DNA of 64,000 bases. Origin: Takakia lepidozioides (taxonomy: Eukaryota; Plantae; Bryophyta). Each line of letters opens with the position of its first letter. The stretch's first letter is position 1. A program made the position numbers and the translations under genes. Shown in pieces: positions 14,186 through 26,682 of this stretch. The notes under the pieces are model-generated. The model ran no database searches. It saw only the letters and a program-made list of their open reading frames with translations, and had not been told where the DNA came from. The stretch lies in contig CM060731.1 in assembly GCA_030704615.1 (NCBI GenBank), forward strand, positions 12,214,001 to 12,278,000, written 5' to 3'.

Positions 14186-14829
14186 GGGCCGGTTTAGACG
14201 AGGGCCCGGGCCCAAGAAATCATGGGCCCAATACTAGAGCTTTTGGGCCCACAATGAATGAACTGATTAAAATAGAATTTTTAAGGAAATGGGCCCCTCC
14301 GTGTAAACCTATCAGCCACTCTCCCGCCCCTTCCATTGTCTCTCTTCTTGGCTTCGCGATGTCTCCCATCAAATCTTGAATCCCTGAACCATGGAAGCAA
14401 GAAGTAATAATATTCCTATGGCCTTGGTCCTCTTCATGGCCTTAAGCACATGATTACAACCATTGTGGCATTGCAACAACTTAGTATAAACGATTGCAAT
14501 TTGCTAGATTGTTGATGACTTCATCATGGAAAGAGAAGGTCCAAGAGATAGAGAGGGCTGACGATTCTACATGGGTTGCGCAGTGGCCGTCGAGAGTCTC
14601 TAGTACAACCCCATTTGTGACCTGTTTCCATCCTACGGCTGTGATAGGCTTAAACAAATATATTTTAATGCTAGGTTTCTTGGGCTCAGCGGAAATAGTT
14701 GGGTCTCCACCCCGGGAGCGTTCCTTTTGTTGGACTGGGCCCAAGAATTTGGCGCCATAAATCATGCCATCTAGGCAGCCATGTCATTTTATTGGTCTTG
14801 GGCCCGGGCCCTCATGTAAACTGCAGCCC
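14186..14829. mobile_element. PIF/Harbinger (Tourist-like) MITE
   Basis: Left end TTA|GGGCCGGTTTAGACGAGGGCCCGGGCCCAAGA. Right end TCTTGGGCCCGGGCCCTCATGTAAACTGCAGCCC is its imperfect inverse, and a second right-end copy lies at ~14871-14906. GGGCC..GTTT termini next to TTA are typical of PIF/Harbinger. Confidence 0.65.
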
Positions 14830-14998
14830 GATTTGAGGCTCTTGACCAATAGGATTTATTGTTTCTAGCTTGGTCTTGGCCCCGGGCCCTCGTGTAATCC
14901 GCAGGCTTCGGCCGGAGTCTTCTCTCTCTACTACAGGGTCCTAACTCCAAATCTGTACCAGTCGAGGTAACTATCTAATTTTGAAAGGTCGTGAAAAC

Positions 14999-15720
14999 CA
15001 GTGTTGTACTGGTATGTCCATTTTGGCATACCCGACTCGTCCTGGTAGGTTCAACTTGGCTGTTGGGTCCAACTGGTAGGGCCCGGGGTGGATTAGGACT
15101 AGCCAGGTAGGTTATATGATGGGTATGGGTATTTCGAATTTTGAGATACCCTAGGCATGGGTATGACAAAAACTCAAATGACATACTGGGGTGGTATGTA
15201 CAATGGTATGGTTATATTTCTAATGGCTGGTATCTTCAACAATTACATTATATATTATGGAATTTTAAGGTTAATTTCATGTTATATTTATATGCCACAA
15301 ACCCCTGTTGTTATTTATTATTTATATTTTTGGTACATGATTAATCCATGGTTAATCCCATAACCTGGATCCCAGCGGCTCAAATCAGTGATGCCAGCGG
15401 CTGGGAGCCCAAAGATATACTGCTATTTTTTACATTGCACAAATGTGAATGAGGATAAGCACCAAAAAATTGTGTCATTACACATACCCATGCTTGCTTA
15501 GGTTTATCAATCCTCAATATGGGTCTCAAGCCAAGTACGAAAATAGTTCATACTTAGACTGGTATGGTAAACAGGGGGTAGGTCCAGTGTTCAAAACCCG
15601 GGGTCCAAGGTATAGTCGGGGTATACGTCCCAAGACATACTCAACTGGTATATTCTACAATACCCTTACTCATACCATTGTACATCCCCCGGCCGATTGG
15701 CACATACCAGTACAACACTA
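14999..15720. mobile_element. Non-autonomous hAT element (MITE)
   Basis: TIRs CAGTGTTGTACTGGTATGT / ACATACCAGTACAACACTA. Perfect 8-bp TSD GTGAAAAC at 14991-14998 and 15721-15728. Subterminal GGTAT/ATACC motifs. Confidence 0.92.
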
Positions 15721-16069
15721 GTGAAAACCTTCAGAATTTTCGAGAAGACTACGCTTACCCGATGAGTTGAATGCAAGCGTGGGAGCCTTGCCGGTACGAT
15801 CGAGAGGATGGCCGTACCGGCGACGTTCCAGGGCGCGTTGTCAAATCCCCACCTCCCGTTGTTCCCCTCTCACATGTGAGCCTAGGATAAAGCATTAAAA
15901 ATCAAATGTTGAGTTAGAAGTAGATGGTAGTGTGATGGCAGGGTGACAAGCCCGACGATGGTGAGGTCTCCGGTTCAAAACGTTGCAATTAGATAATGTT
16001 GATGTTGAGTGATTGATTGCACATGCGACTGAATTGAACTTTCTCATCTCCAAAATGTTTTTTAAGTCC

Positions 16070-16460
16070 AAGCGCTCCGCTCCCCTGTTCCCAATGTCCG
16101 CTCTTCTGTCCCCTCCTTATTCCCAAGCCCGCTCCCCTATCCCTGTCCCTTGTCCTCGCTCTCTTATTCCCGGTCCCCGCTCTCTTCCTCGCCCTCTGGA
16201 ACGTGGCTCGCTCCCCTGGTCCGCTCCCCGCTCCCCTCCTCGCCCTATGGATATGGCTTGCTCCCCTGTTCCCGATCCCCACTCCCCTCCTCGCACTGTG
16301 GAACACGGCTCGTTCCCCTGTTCCTAGTCCCCGCTCCCTTCTTCGCTCCCCTGTCCCAATGGGGAGGAGCCGGGAACAGGGGAGCAAACTTGGAGAATGT
16401 TTGGGAACAGGGTCCTAAAGGTGGGGAGCATGAGGAGGGAACGGGAACATTCCCCACCTT
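16070..16460. repeat. GC-rich degenerate repeat cluster (CCCCTGTTCCC / CCGCTCCCC, inverted GGGAACAGGGG), probably DNA-transposon subterminal sequence
   Basis: Many short motif copies seen directly, with orientation switching at ~16360. No TIR or TSD identified. Confidence 0.6.
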
Positions 16461-17209
16461 CCCAAATGGGGATGAGATTTGGCTGATAGGCTGCTGGAGC
16501 CTCTCAAAGCTCCGGCCAGCGGGCCCCACCATCTCACACGCGTGCCTTAAACTCGTCGGGTATAGTCTCTTCCTAGATTTTTTGGCTTTGTTGGCCTTGC
16601 CTTCCTAAGGCAGGACTACGTTTAGCACCGATATTTTCGATTACGCTTCCAGTTCGATCGAGACAGTTGTCAATAGAATATTCCGTCTATATTTGTAATG
16701 AATGAAATCCGTTGCATGAGAAATTCATGCATGCGTGACAGGTTGTGCTGATAGTTTATGCAAGTGGCCATGTGTGATCACGACAGGGTGTTGGGGTCGG
16801 ATGAAAGAGACTGCGCTCGTTAGCATCAAGCTGGTTGGACATGGTGGTGTTGACACAAGTAGGGGAAGCACTTCACGGACATGGATTCCTACTCCACAGC
16901 AAACGTCCATGAAAAGAAACACAAAACCAAAGAGGGATTGCGCACCACGTGCACTTCAAGTGTCCTACTCCAGGTTTTGCAAAAACAAGTGTTCCTGACT
17001 GTGGACCATATTCGTTGACAAAAAGTGTTCTGTTCAATCAGACCTCGTCCTTTTGGAGGTGTGTAGATGCTATATCTGTGGGTAAACAACTAATTTCCCA
17101 TATCATGATAGTTCAGCTGAAAGGTTTTCAAGAGCTGTTGAAGAAGAGAGACGAAGTTCATGTTGAGTGAAATGCGCGAACTGCTCCAGCTCTAGGGAAG
17201 ATTTTGACC

Positions 17210-20188
17210 ATGACGCCATTACAAGTGAGTCCGGAAGATATGGCTCCCAATGCTCTGGATAAACAGGAGGTCAGTACATCCACGACATCCGTGACCCTTT
17301 CGGACTCGTCCGATGAGGATGTTTCGGAAATTCCTCCGCCTGCCAGGCCCCATTTTCGGGAGACTTGGATTTGCAAGAGATAGCGAGTGTCATTCCCAAG
17401 TTGAGAGCCCTACCAGGGGTGCCTGGCTACAAGAGCAAGATACGTTTTGTGGATTGGGAATCTCTTCTAGTGAAGCGGGTTCAGTATCTGCAGGCCAAGT
17501 TCGACGGTGACATCTTGTTTGAGCTGAATCCTCTCACGTTTTCCAGTGGTTTTGTTGGACTTCTGCAGGGCATGGACAAGAAACATGATGGCCATCCCTG
17601 GTGTAGAACAAAAACATCGAACATCCACAATGACATTGGTTTGAAATTTCGCCAGACAGTCTGCATTGGCTACTACAGGTGTCTGAATCCATCTTGCCCT
17701 CACCTGAGAAACAGCGCTACTCCAAATGAAAGTGAGTGGGAAGGGATATGCGACAATCATTTCACCCCAAGGCTAGCTTCTCCAGAGACGAACACATTTG
17801 TATGTCGATTTTGCAAACTTGTCCCTTGTTATGTTGCAGTCTGCCACTGCCGTATGTACTATATCACGCACCAGTGCAAGACTATGACTCGGGCCTGTAT
17901 TCTTCGGGAACGCACGACCATCATGTGTCCAGGGGAAGCTGCAGAGATAGTGTTGACATAGCCCGGAGTCTTGTGAAGCAGGAATTCGAAAATTCCCCTT
18001 CTGCCACCCCATCTGCCATAGCGTTTGCAGCGAGCAAAATCTTCCTGGAAAAACATATACTGTTGAGCTCTCTGAATATTCGAAACAAGTGAATGCCCTG
18101 AGAATGGGCCCCGGCAGTAGGGGATCCATGGATAACATTCTAGAGCTGAAGCGGAGGAGTCAATATGATTTCATTCAAGCCAGTGTCTTCCCTGGTCAAG
18201 GCTCCTCAAATGTGTACTTGTTCAAGATGTCCACAGTTGGCGAGGGCAGTGGTGTAAGTATTGTTCGGTGCATGCAACTTGGAGGTGACTTGGAAAAATA
18301 CTGGATAATGTTTGATCACTGCAAGTGAGTCAAGGATTGGACAACAATGGCATGCCATGTTTATGATCCAGTGTACCACTGTGTCCTCTCCATAGCTATT
18401 TGTGATTTGCAATCCGAGAACACTGAATCGTAAATGCTCATGTGAAATTCTCTGCTGGCGGTCATGCAACGCAATGGAGATGAGAACATAAACTTTGCAG
18501 GGTTCATGGCTGATAGTGCACAAACAAATTTCAATGCAGTGTGGTGAGTCTTTGGATCTGGGGATCCTAAAGTTCCAATGGGAAATAGGGAGCGCACATG
18601 CCTGTTCCATTGGACTCAATCTATGGATAAACATACGAAGCGCTGCATTCGAGCTGACCTTCAAGTGGAGCACAAGAGGCTCTGCCTCATATACAAAAAT
18701 GCCATCACAATAGGAGAGGCTGAGAGCACGTATCAAGCAATCCGGGCTTGGTGGTTCTCCTCTGGGGCTGCTAGTGGGATCCAATTGATGGAGTTGGAGG
18801 ACTGGTTGGTGTTCTGGCACTTCTGGTATAGGCAATGGGGAGCGTTCATGACAACGGTAAGCCCTTTGCAACCCCACAAACACCATTGTCAGTCATCAAC
18901 ATTACCCTTCCAATTCCTCTGTAATCATTGCATTGTCCTTTGCAGAAGCTCACATTGTCCCCTTGTTTGCTGACCTTGTTTGCTGACATTTGCGTGCATT
19001 TCCTCCTTCAGGAAATGTCCTTGGAGGACTTGGCGGACATGCCTTCTTGTAATTTGGCGGAGACTATTCACAATATCTGGTAGCAGCAATCTAGCAAAGC
19101 AGGACGTGACTTGTATGTTGCCACTACAGATGACATGGTGTGGGCATTTACACAGCAAACCAGATACCGGAATTTTCTGAGGGGACGGGGTGGAGGCAAG
19201 GGCCTTGATACGACGGAGTTGATGTTAAGGGCTGCGACCAGGTCCGGGGACCCTTCAAAGATGGCGAGGGCGTTTAACAGGTGCACTGAACGTTCCCCTT
19301 TGCAATCCAGGGTTCCCCATCTGGAAGGTGAGGAAAGATTTGGATCTTGCAAAAAGAAACTGAACACGCCTCCACGCTCGGATGGAGATTCACACCGCCC
19401 CGACAGGGTGAACTTTTATGTCCCAATGGTCTCTCTGGTGCAGACAAAATCATGCACTACGCCGTTCACAGGTGGATCCTCTTCCAGTACACCAGTTGCA
19501 AATCATCCAAGTACAACACCGCCACTGTGGAGGAGGTGGTGTACTCGGTGCAGGAGGCTAAATATTACAGTGACTCTGAGTGGCATATAGAGCGCACTCC
19601 AGCTGGATCTAAAACGGCTTGCATGGCAATTCGTGCCACTTCTTTTCAGAAATGCAAATCAAAATAGCCAAAGGCTGTAGGGGGACTCCAGCTCCAACAT
19701 TCACAGGGTTGTTCCGACCTTATCAGACTGGGGAGTCAAAGGGGCACAAGTTCTGGTTCTACCCAGACGATATGGCACGATGCGCGAAGGAAATGGTGCA
19801 TGCCTCGGTTATAATGAAGCCCCCTCCCCCCGCAATTTGGCAGTCAAGCTTGGAACCCCGCTGTCATCAACAGAGATTAGCATGCTGGAGGAGGCTAGGT
19901 TCCGACTTCCACGGTCTCCAGTGGTACCTTCATGCACCCTGGGTACTAATGTGCATTCTATTCCTCGAATGCCTCCACCCGGTGCTGACTCCTACCCAAC
20001 AAAAAGAGATGGGAAAACAGTGCGTTGTGTCCCTTCAGTGCAGATCACGACTGTAAGATGGAATCAGCCAGAATTATGCAGGCTCGGGTGACTCGTATCT
20101 TGGAAGTCCCGGCCCCGGGGTATGGTCGAATTTACACACTAGTGACTTCAGGCTCTGTTGTTCATGACAAAGAATATCAGGTTATAGT
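17210..20188 (+). pseudogene. Mutator-like (MULE) transposase pseudogene, copy 1: WRKY/GCM-like Zn domain + DDE core, truncated before SWIM
   Basis: N-terminal GMDKKHDGHPWCRTKTSNI..C.G..RC.NPSC...C..C...C...GTHDH. Core WIMFDH (D1), GFMADSAQ (D2), RTCLFHW (CxxH), SCNLAETIH (E). Intron ~18857-19011. Many stops and frameshifts; collinear with 46601-50090. Confidence 0.8.
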
Positions 20189-20189
20189 A

Positions 20190-21950
20190 GGCGGAGCATC
20201 AATGCCCGCTGGGCTCGTCATTCTATCCAAACACGAAGCAAACAAACAGGGAAAAACAAAGAAATCGCAAAGAGAGCAAAAACACACACAAAAAAAGTCC
20301 AGAGTCAATTCTGACCCCTATACCACTTCCAAATGTCATTTCGCAACATTTCAACACAGCCGCCCCAGGTAACCTCCCGAGCCATCGTATTAATCATCTC
20401 CCACCTTCCTGCTTCTCTCATCCAAAGAGTTATGGTGCTACGACCTCCAGCATGTAACTCGCAGGCACTGGTCAGCATCCTGCAATCTCCAAGCTGGATT
20501 AAGGAAATAGAGCCTAGGCTCAGAATTCACACTACCAGCACACTGACTGAAACATATCAGTATATCCCCAATGCTCGGTTCAGGTATCAAGGTGTGATCC
20601 CTACGGAAACACAAATGCACATAGCAGAACATTGCAACAAGCTCAGTCCCCGACCAAAAGAATGACATCAGCTCTGATACCAAAGAAATGGGCTAAAACA
20701 CTCACCCTTAACCTCTACATTAACTCATCAAAATGGTTTCATATCCCACCCATGCCGTAGCGGAAGGGAAGACATACGCATGATTATCCAGATGCAGAAA
20801 CTCAGTGGCACCGAATGTGATCATGCATAACGCGCAAGGTTCATCGTCACCTTCACAAATACTCCCTGGACAGGCACAGCTTGTGGGAACCTGTCATTTA
20901 CTAGTGTTCATGATCTCCCGTTCACAATCAGCCGAGCTGAGCTACCTTCATGCATATCCGGCAATCTCTCATTTTCTCTTACCCTCCCTCGCTTTTATCT
21001 CTCAAGTCCAAGGGCCAAAATCCATTAACACTGCTTAATCATCGTGCACAAGCTCCACGCTGAACACTACATCACTGAAATCAGCTCGACAGCACTGCCA
21101 TTTGTGCAGGCTCCCTAATCTCTCCAATGCAATGATGGTCCCTCAATGCAACATGGTGCTTAATGGTTACACTATCATGCACCTTGACCTCACACCTATG
21201 ATTTCCAGAGATACACATTACCTACTAAACCATAGAAATATCCCTGCCCTGAAAGTTTAGTTTGTTGCAGCATTGCTATGATGAATGCATTCTCTGCTGG
21301 TTAATTCTATAGCTTCATGGTGCGAATCAGTGCCCAAAGGGCTGGACAGAGCAGTAACCAGAATCAGTGGCCTCTAATCATTCATGAGCTTCAAATGTTC
21401 TTCATCAAAGTCTCCCCAACTACAGCCTATTGCCTTTGCAGCAATTACATCACTTTGTCAAAGCTATATCAGACTTCAAATCTCCACAAAGCCTCGAATT
21501 CACCTCCTCTAGCATCACCCATTATCTCTAAGAGCAAGAAGAAGAAAATAGATGCCAAATTATGCCTTAAGTCCCCTACTCCACTTGCTTGTGTAATTAC
21601 TACATCTATAGCTCCTAATGTCAACCAGTCCAACAATTTACCGAGCTGGAAAGCTGAATCTGCCGCCATTGCGGGATATTGACTAAGCGATAAGCAGCAG
21701 AGAAGTAACTAGCAGCCGAAATCTAAAGCTTGCAGGCCTATGTCTCCTCCGAAATACTAAGTGTTAGCATTTCGATATGCATCCCCCACGGTGCTGCACT
21801 CAGCACGCCGCACACCATAAACCCTGCCAATTTAGGGCAATGCGGATGATAGTTGGATGAACGTCTTCATCCATCATGCCAAAACTCGTCCAACGCGCAC
21901 ATTCATTCAAATGTGCATTCATCTAAAAGACACAGCCAAAAATCACAGCA
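20190..21950 (-). mobile_element. LTR-retrotransposon remnant with tRNA-iMet primer-binding site
   Basis: GCTCTGATACCA at 20671-20682 is the reverse complement of the canonical PBS TGGTATCAGAGC. The segment abruptly truncates MULE copy 1. Boundaries are approximate. Confidence 0.5.
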
Positions 21951-23623
21951 GCAAAAATTACCACATATTCACACTACATAAGTGCACAAGCTACTTACAA
22001 CTCAAGTGATAACGAAAAGGAGCACGGGCTGCACTTTGACGTTGTGGAGGAGCACATGCTGCTAGATATAACATTAGGTCACCTAGTCCTTTCGGAAACC
22101 ATTACCCCTTGCAGAGTGAGAAAACCACCACTCGATTCTTGGTTCCAAAGCTAGAGAAGCTCCAACAGTGTCAGACCAGTGTTGGACCGGTATATGTATT
22201 TTTAAATACCAGACTAGTCCTGGTATGAAGGATCTGATCCCTTATGCATACCAGGTTGGTAAGGGTATGGTGGCAAGTATGACCTGATATAATATTAATG
22301 GTATCAATGGGATAAGAGGTCTTGTAAAATGGATAGTGTATGGGTATGGTATTGATATTAAATTTTTTGATATCCATACTGGGGGTATATGAACATTGGT
22401 ATGGTAGTTATGATGCTGAGTTTTTTTTTTCAAAAAAATATTTTGTTATTTTTTTAAAAAAAAATGTTTTTATTTATTTTATTTTTAAAAAAGCTGAAGT
22501 GCGCAAGTGCACCCACTTCAGCCGTTGAGTACTTTTATTGATAAAGGTAGAGCTGAAAAAATGAGCATTTGTTTACAATTCTTGATACTAACACCGAAGA
22601 CTGGACTGCATCATACCGTCTTCATAAAGCTTTATCCAGCACTTCAAAACTGAGAATTTGGCCACACAAGCCAGAACATAGTGAACTGAAAATTGCATCA
22701 TCTCCAAAAATTGCAACCTCACTTGAATCGTTCACCAATTTACCAGGTTTGTTCCCTCTTTACTAAAATTCCTACATGACCTTGACCTGACAATTTAAGA
22801 AGCCAGAAGGTAATTGGTGACAAGCAACAAGTGCAAAATTCTCCTCATTTAGGCAACCCTTTACAATTGATTCTCAAAATGCGAAAATGAAACAACCTGA
22901 ATGGGTGGAAAGCCAGCAAGAACCTAACCCTCAAGCATTTGGTGGTGGTCCAAGTGGGGAATAAACTGCCTAAGCACCTGCTCTTGTTTCTGGAACGTCA
23001 CCAGGTTACTTGTGATTCAAAGAGAGAAATCCTCTTGTAAGTAACCAGCCTCCCCCAACTCATCCTCGTGGTTATCAAGAATCTAGGAATGCTATTCCGT
23101 GAGCCTATGCGTGAGCTTGAGAGCTGTGAGCTTGTATTCGTGAGCATAGGTTCACGAGTGGAAAAAACCCCCTATTCCCGCGGATTACATATTGAATACA
23201 GGAAGACCTATAACCATGTAGCCTTACGACAGAAGAACCCCCTATTCCCGCGGAAGTTTTTTGAGTGACATAAGAGGTCTAACTACAACCGTGTACCTTG
23301 AGATGATTGTAGACAATTCTTACAAGGGCAGGATGTTGCTCAATGGAGGAGGCCATGACCATCTCAATGAAATGTATTGGAACATTCTTCATGCGATAGG
23401 GGCCCAGTATGCGAGATGGAAACAATACTGCCCCGAAAAATGTTTTGCTTGTGGAACAGGCACATAGGGTTTAGGATGAACATGTTAAAGAAAACTGGAG
23501 TCTAAGACATCAGTGTATTCATTTCGGGTATAAGCATGCGCATACATGACGAAATGAATATTAGACAACAATTTCATCGGGTTTTTTTTTTCATATTTTT
23601 ATTTGTTTTTTTGTAATAGCAAA

Positions 23624-23710
23624 ACAAGAGACAGTGGTCCTCATATTTGGTATGCGCCGGCGCATACCATACAAAAGTGGTTTTTTCAGAAAACGAATTA
23701 TCTTTTAAAG

Positions 23711-23748
<38 letters not shown>

Positions 23749-24190
23749 CAAAATAGGGGATAGTGGCCCTCATATTTCGTATGCGCCGGTGCATACCAGA
23801 CAACAGTGTTTTGTTTTCTAAAATATTTAATTTTTTTATTTTTTATTTTTTTTCCTACAAAACAGGGGACAGCCCTCATATTTCGTATACACCGGCACAT
23901 ACCCGAGCCAAACAACATTGTTTTTTTAAAATATATATATATAATTGTTTTTTAATATTTTTAATTATTTTTAACAAAACAGGGGACAGTGACCCTCATA
24001 TTTCATATGCGCCGGCGCATACATGACGACAGTGTTTGTTTGTTAAAATAATAATCTTTTTTTAGTTTTTTTAATAGGGGACAGTGGACCTCATATTTCA
24101 TATGCGTCGGAACATACCAGACAACAATGTTTTCATTTAATTTATGTAATTTTTGTTTTTACAAAAGAGGGACAGTGTCCCTCATATTGT
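23624..24190. repeat. Spaced array of a ~45-bp motif GGGGACAGTGGCCCTCATATTTCGTATGCGCCGGCGCATAC (5 copies + 1 partial) with AT-rich spacers, including a (TA)n at ~23712-23745
   Basis: Copies near 23624, 23752, 23862, 23979, 24074 and 24166. The five full copies contain the palindrome GTATGCGCCGGCGCATAC or a variant. Confidence 0.88.
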
Positions 24191-24357
24191 CATTTTTTGG
24201 GTTTTTCGGATATAGGGTCGTTATACAGTAATCCGCAAAAATACGTCCTCTTTCTTAATGTTTCGCCGACCCATCCATGCTCATAATCACATATAATTTA
24301 TATTATGGGTTCACGATTTCCAGCTGACCGCTCACCGCTCACGGTTTAACGTCCCTG

Positions 24358-25850
24358 TCAAGAATCTCTGCATCTGCGGAGCATGATTTTGCAACAATAG
24401 AGGACGCAAAAGAACATCCTTCTCTTGCATCTGTGGGCCAGTTTCTTGTAGATCATCACAAGCGAGTCAAGATTGGTAATTCTAAGACGACAACGTCGCA
24501 AACTTGTGAGGAGTCGTGCCACTAAAAGAATCCACTCGGTCTCAATTTGCGATCCCAGAATTCCAAAGATCTTCAGGCCAAGAAGGCAACATTGGGGAAC
24601 CTCACTACATGTTCTTTTCACCAAGTAAGAGGCTTCACTATCTCTGCATTCACAATACACGCGACGAAATAAAGATAGCTCAGATGCAAGCATTGCCTCA
24701 TTGACTTCCTCAGCCGACACTAGAGCATCGAAAAGTGAATCTGCACACAGATCTGGTGGGTGGGTTGCATCGGTGCCAACACTTGGATCAAGAACCAGTT
24801 GACCTTCACAAGCAAAGGTATCATGTTTCTTGTCATATTCAGATACTTGCTTTCTCCCTGCCCACAAACTCAGTAATGCAGTATAAGCTCTTGAATCTAG
24901 GGTCAAACATTAGAGCGAGCATATTGTGTGTTTTATCTCCATGAAATGCACATGCAAATGACAAGAAAGGTTGGAGTACATTCACTGCCTCTACTGCCAT
25001 GCGGGCATAGAGAATCTCGAGCTCCGAATCAGACTCTCTACACATAAGAGGTGGTTGTGCACTTGCTCGACGGTTGTACTCACCTTGTAGCTTAAGGCTG
25101 ATGGAAATGGCTGCATTTAACGCATCAGATAAAAGCCAGTACCCACGGGTTTGGTTGAGCACACACTGTTGTACCACATGTGTGAGAGTCTCTCTTACAG
25201 TTCGGGCAATTACCGAAGTAAGCCCACTCGGCACTCGAGCTTGTAGCTGAAGTGACTGCCTCCTGTAACATATGTTTATGGCATCCGCATATTCCAGGGT
25301 TTCTTGAAATAAAACTACCTTGCTTGCGAATCGAGTTTTTATGGGAGTCTTCAGCTTTCCGACAGCCCAGCCTCAATGCAGTTTTGTCCCATCCTACCTC
25401 CCCTTCCCAGACTTCTTAATGCAAGTGATTGTTTTTTGCAGAGCCTCCTGAGCGGCCTTGAGAGAAACCTCTGTCATGCCTCCACACACTTTCGCATCGT
25501 TTGTCGCGTATGCGAGTTGGAATTCTGCCAACAAAGGTTTCACAATTTCAGCTAGGGCTGCCCCAACAGTGTTGGGTGCCTCGAAGAGCCCCACAGTAAC
25601 ATGTCTAGGCACCCAGGCATCATCTATAAAATTGACGATCAAACAAAAGGTGTCGAATCATGTTCTACTCATCCACAAATCAAAAATCACACTAGCAGTT
25701 GCACAACTAGCTAATGCAGGTAAGACGTAAGTTTCCATTGTCTTTGCAAGTAGGCTAGGGATGTGGTCCTTCACCAGCTGCTTCCGGGTGGGAAAGCGGA
25801 TCTTAGGGCCCCTGCGCATAACAAGTCAGCGCAACCAAGTCGTTGCTTGG
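24358..25850 (-). pseudogene. hAT (Ac-like) transposase pseudogene
   Basis: IFDLWMS..DTFCLIVNFIDDAWVPRHVTVGLFEA (catalytic D region), ITCIKKSGKG, LALMFDPRFKSL, and a C-terminal dimerisation-like GILGSQIETE(W)I....LLTSLRRCRL..NLDSLVMI. Multiple frameshifts. Confidence 0.85.
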
Positions 25851-26682
25851 AGCTGTGAGAATTTGCAAGTGGTTCAGGGGAAGAGCTGGGGTTATGGCAA
25901 AGGATGCACCTCATAATTTGAATTGCAGTTATTCTTGACAAGAGTTGCATATCGCACCTTCCATGCAGCTAATTCTTCAGCAGCTCGCACCTCATCCAAA
26001 CTCTCTGTAGGTTGCCGCACCCCAGACCCAGACTCAGTGCAGATGGTCTCAGCGGGTTCAGTGGTGATCCCAGTATCGCCTGCTTCATCCCCAATGCAAT
26101 CGTCAATGTCTGAAAAAGACATGTCATCCATAATCAAAAAAATTGCAAGATTCGATGAAAAAAAAACACTTTAGAGAAACTCTATACCCAAAGGGCAGAC
26201 CACTTCAACCTTCCATCCCAAACAATTGTCTTGTTCGCAAGCAGGTGAAGATGCAAACACGGCTGCAAGGGCGATCAAATAAAACAAAGAAAAGTCATAA
26301 TGGACCGCATTAAAAATTGGCGGCAATCTGGCTGCCCAATGAGATTCTTGTAATCTGGCGCAGTCAGGAATCATTTAATTGAAATTAGAGTTTGTTGTGC
26401 AACATGGGCGCTCAACCCTAACGCCCTCTCCTTACTTATAATGAGCTCCATCGCCACGTGCAACTCTCTATCATGGTATCGCAGGCAGTATGACAGGAGC
26501 GACAACCCAGGTTGGTCTGGTATCGACGAGCAAAACGTAAACTCAATATCCACCCCAGTAGATTATGCACCTGGGTATAATGTTATTTCATACCAGTGGG
26601 GTATGGTTCTTCATACCATTACTTATAGCCTTATTGTATACTCAGGTCTGACCATATATACCAGTCCAACACTGGTCGAGAC

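Larger units (their letters stand above)
22177..26674. mobile_element. hAT element (~4.5 kb) enclosing a degenerate transposase and nested repeats
   Basis: TIRs CAGTGTTGGACCGGTATAT / ATATACCAGTCCAACACTG. TSD GTC-AGAC (left, 1-bp deletion) vs GTCGAGAC (right). An uninterrupted copy of the target site is visible at ~27110-27140. Confidence 0.82.

Noticed and set aside
15989-16608. Overlapping ORFs of 71-152 aa
   Set aside because: Artefacts of a GC-rich repeat with few stop codons.
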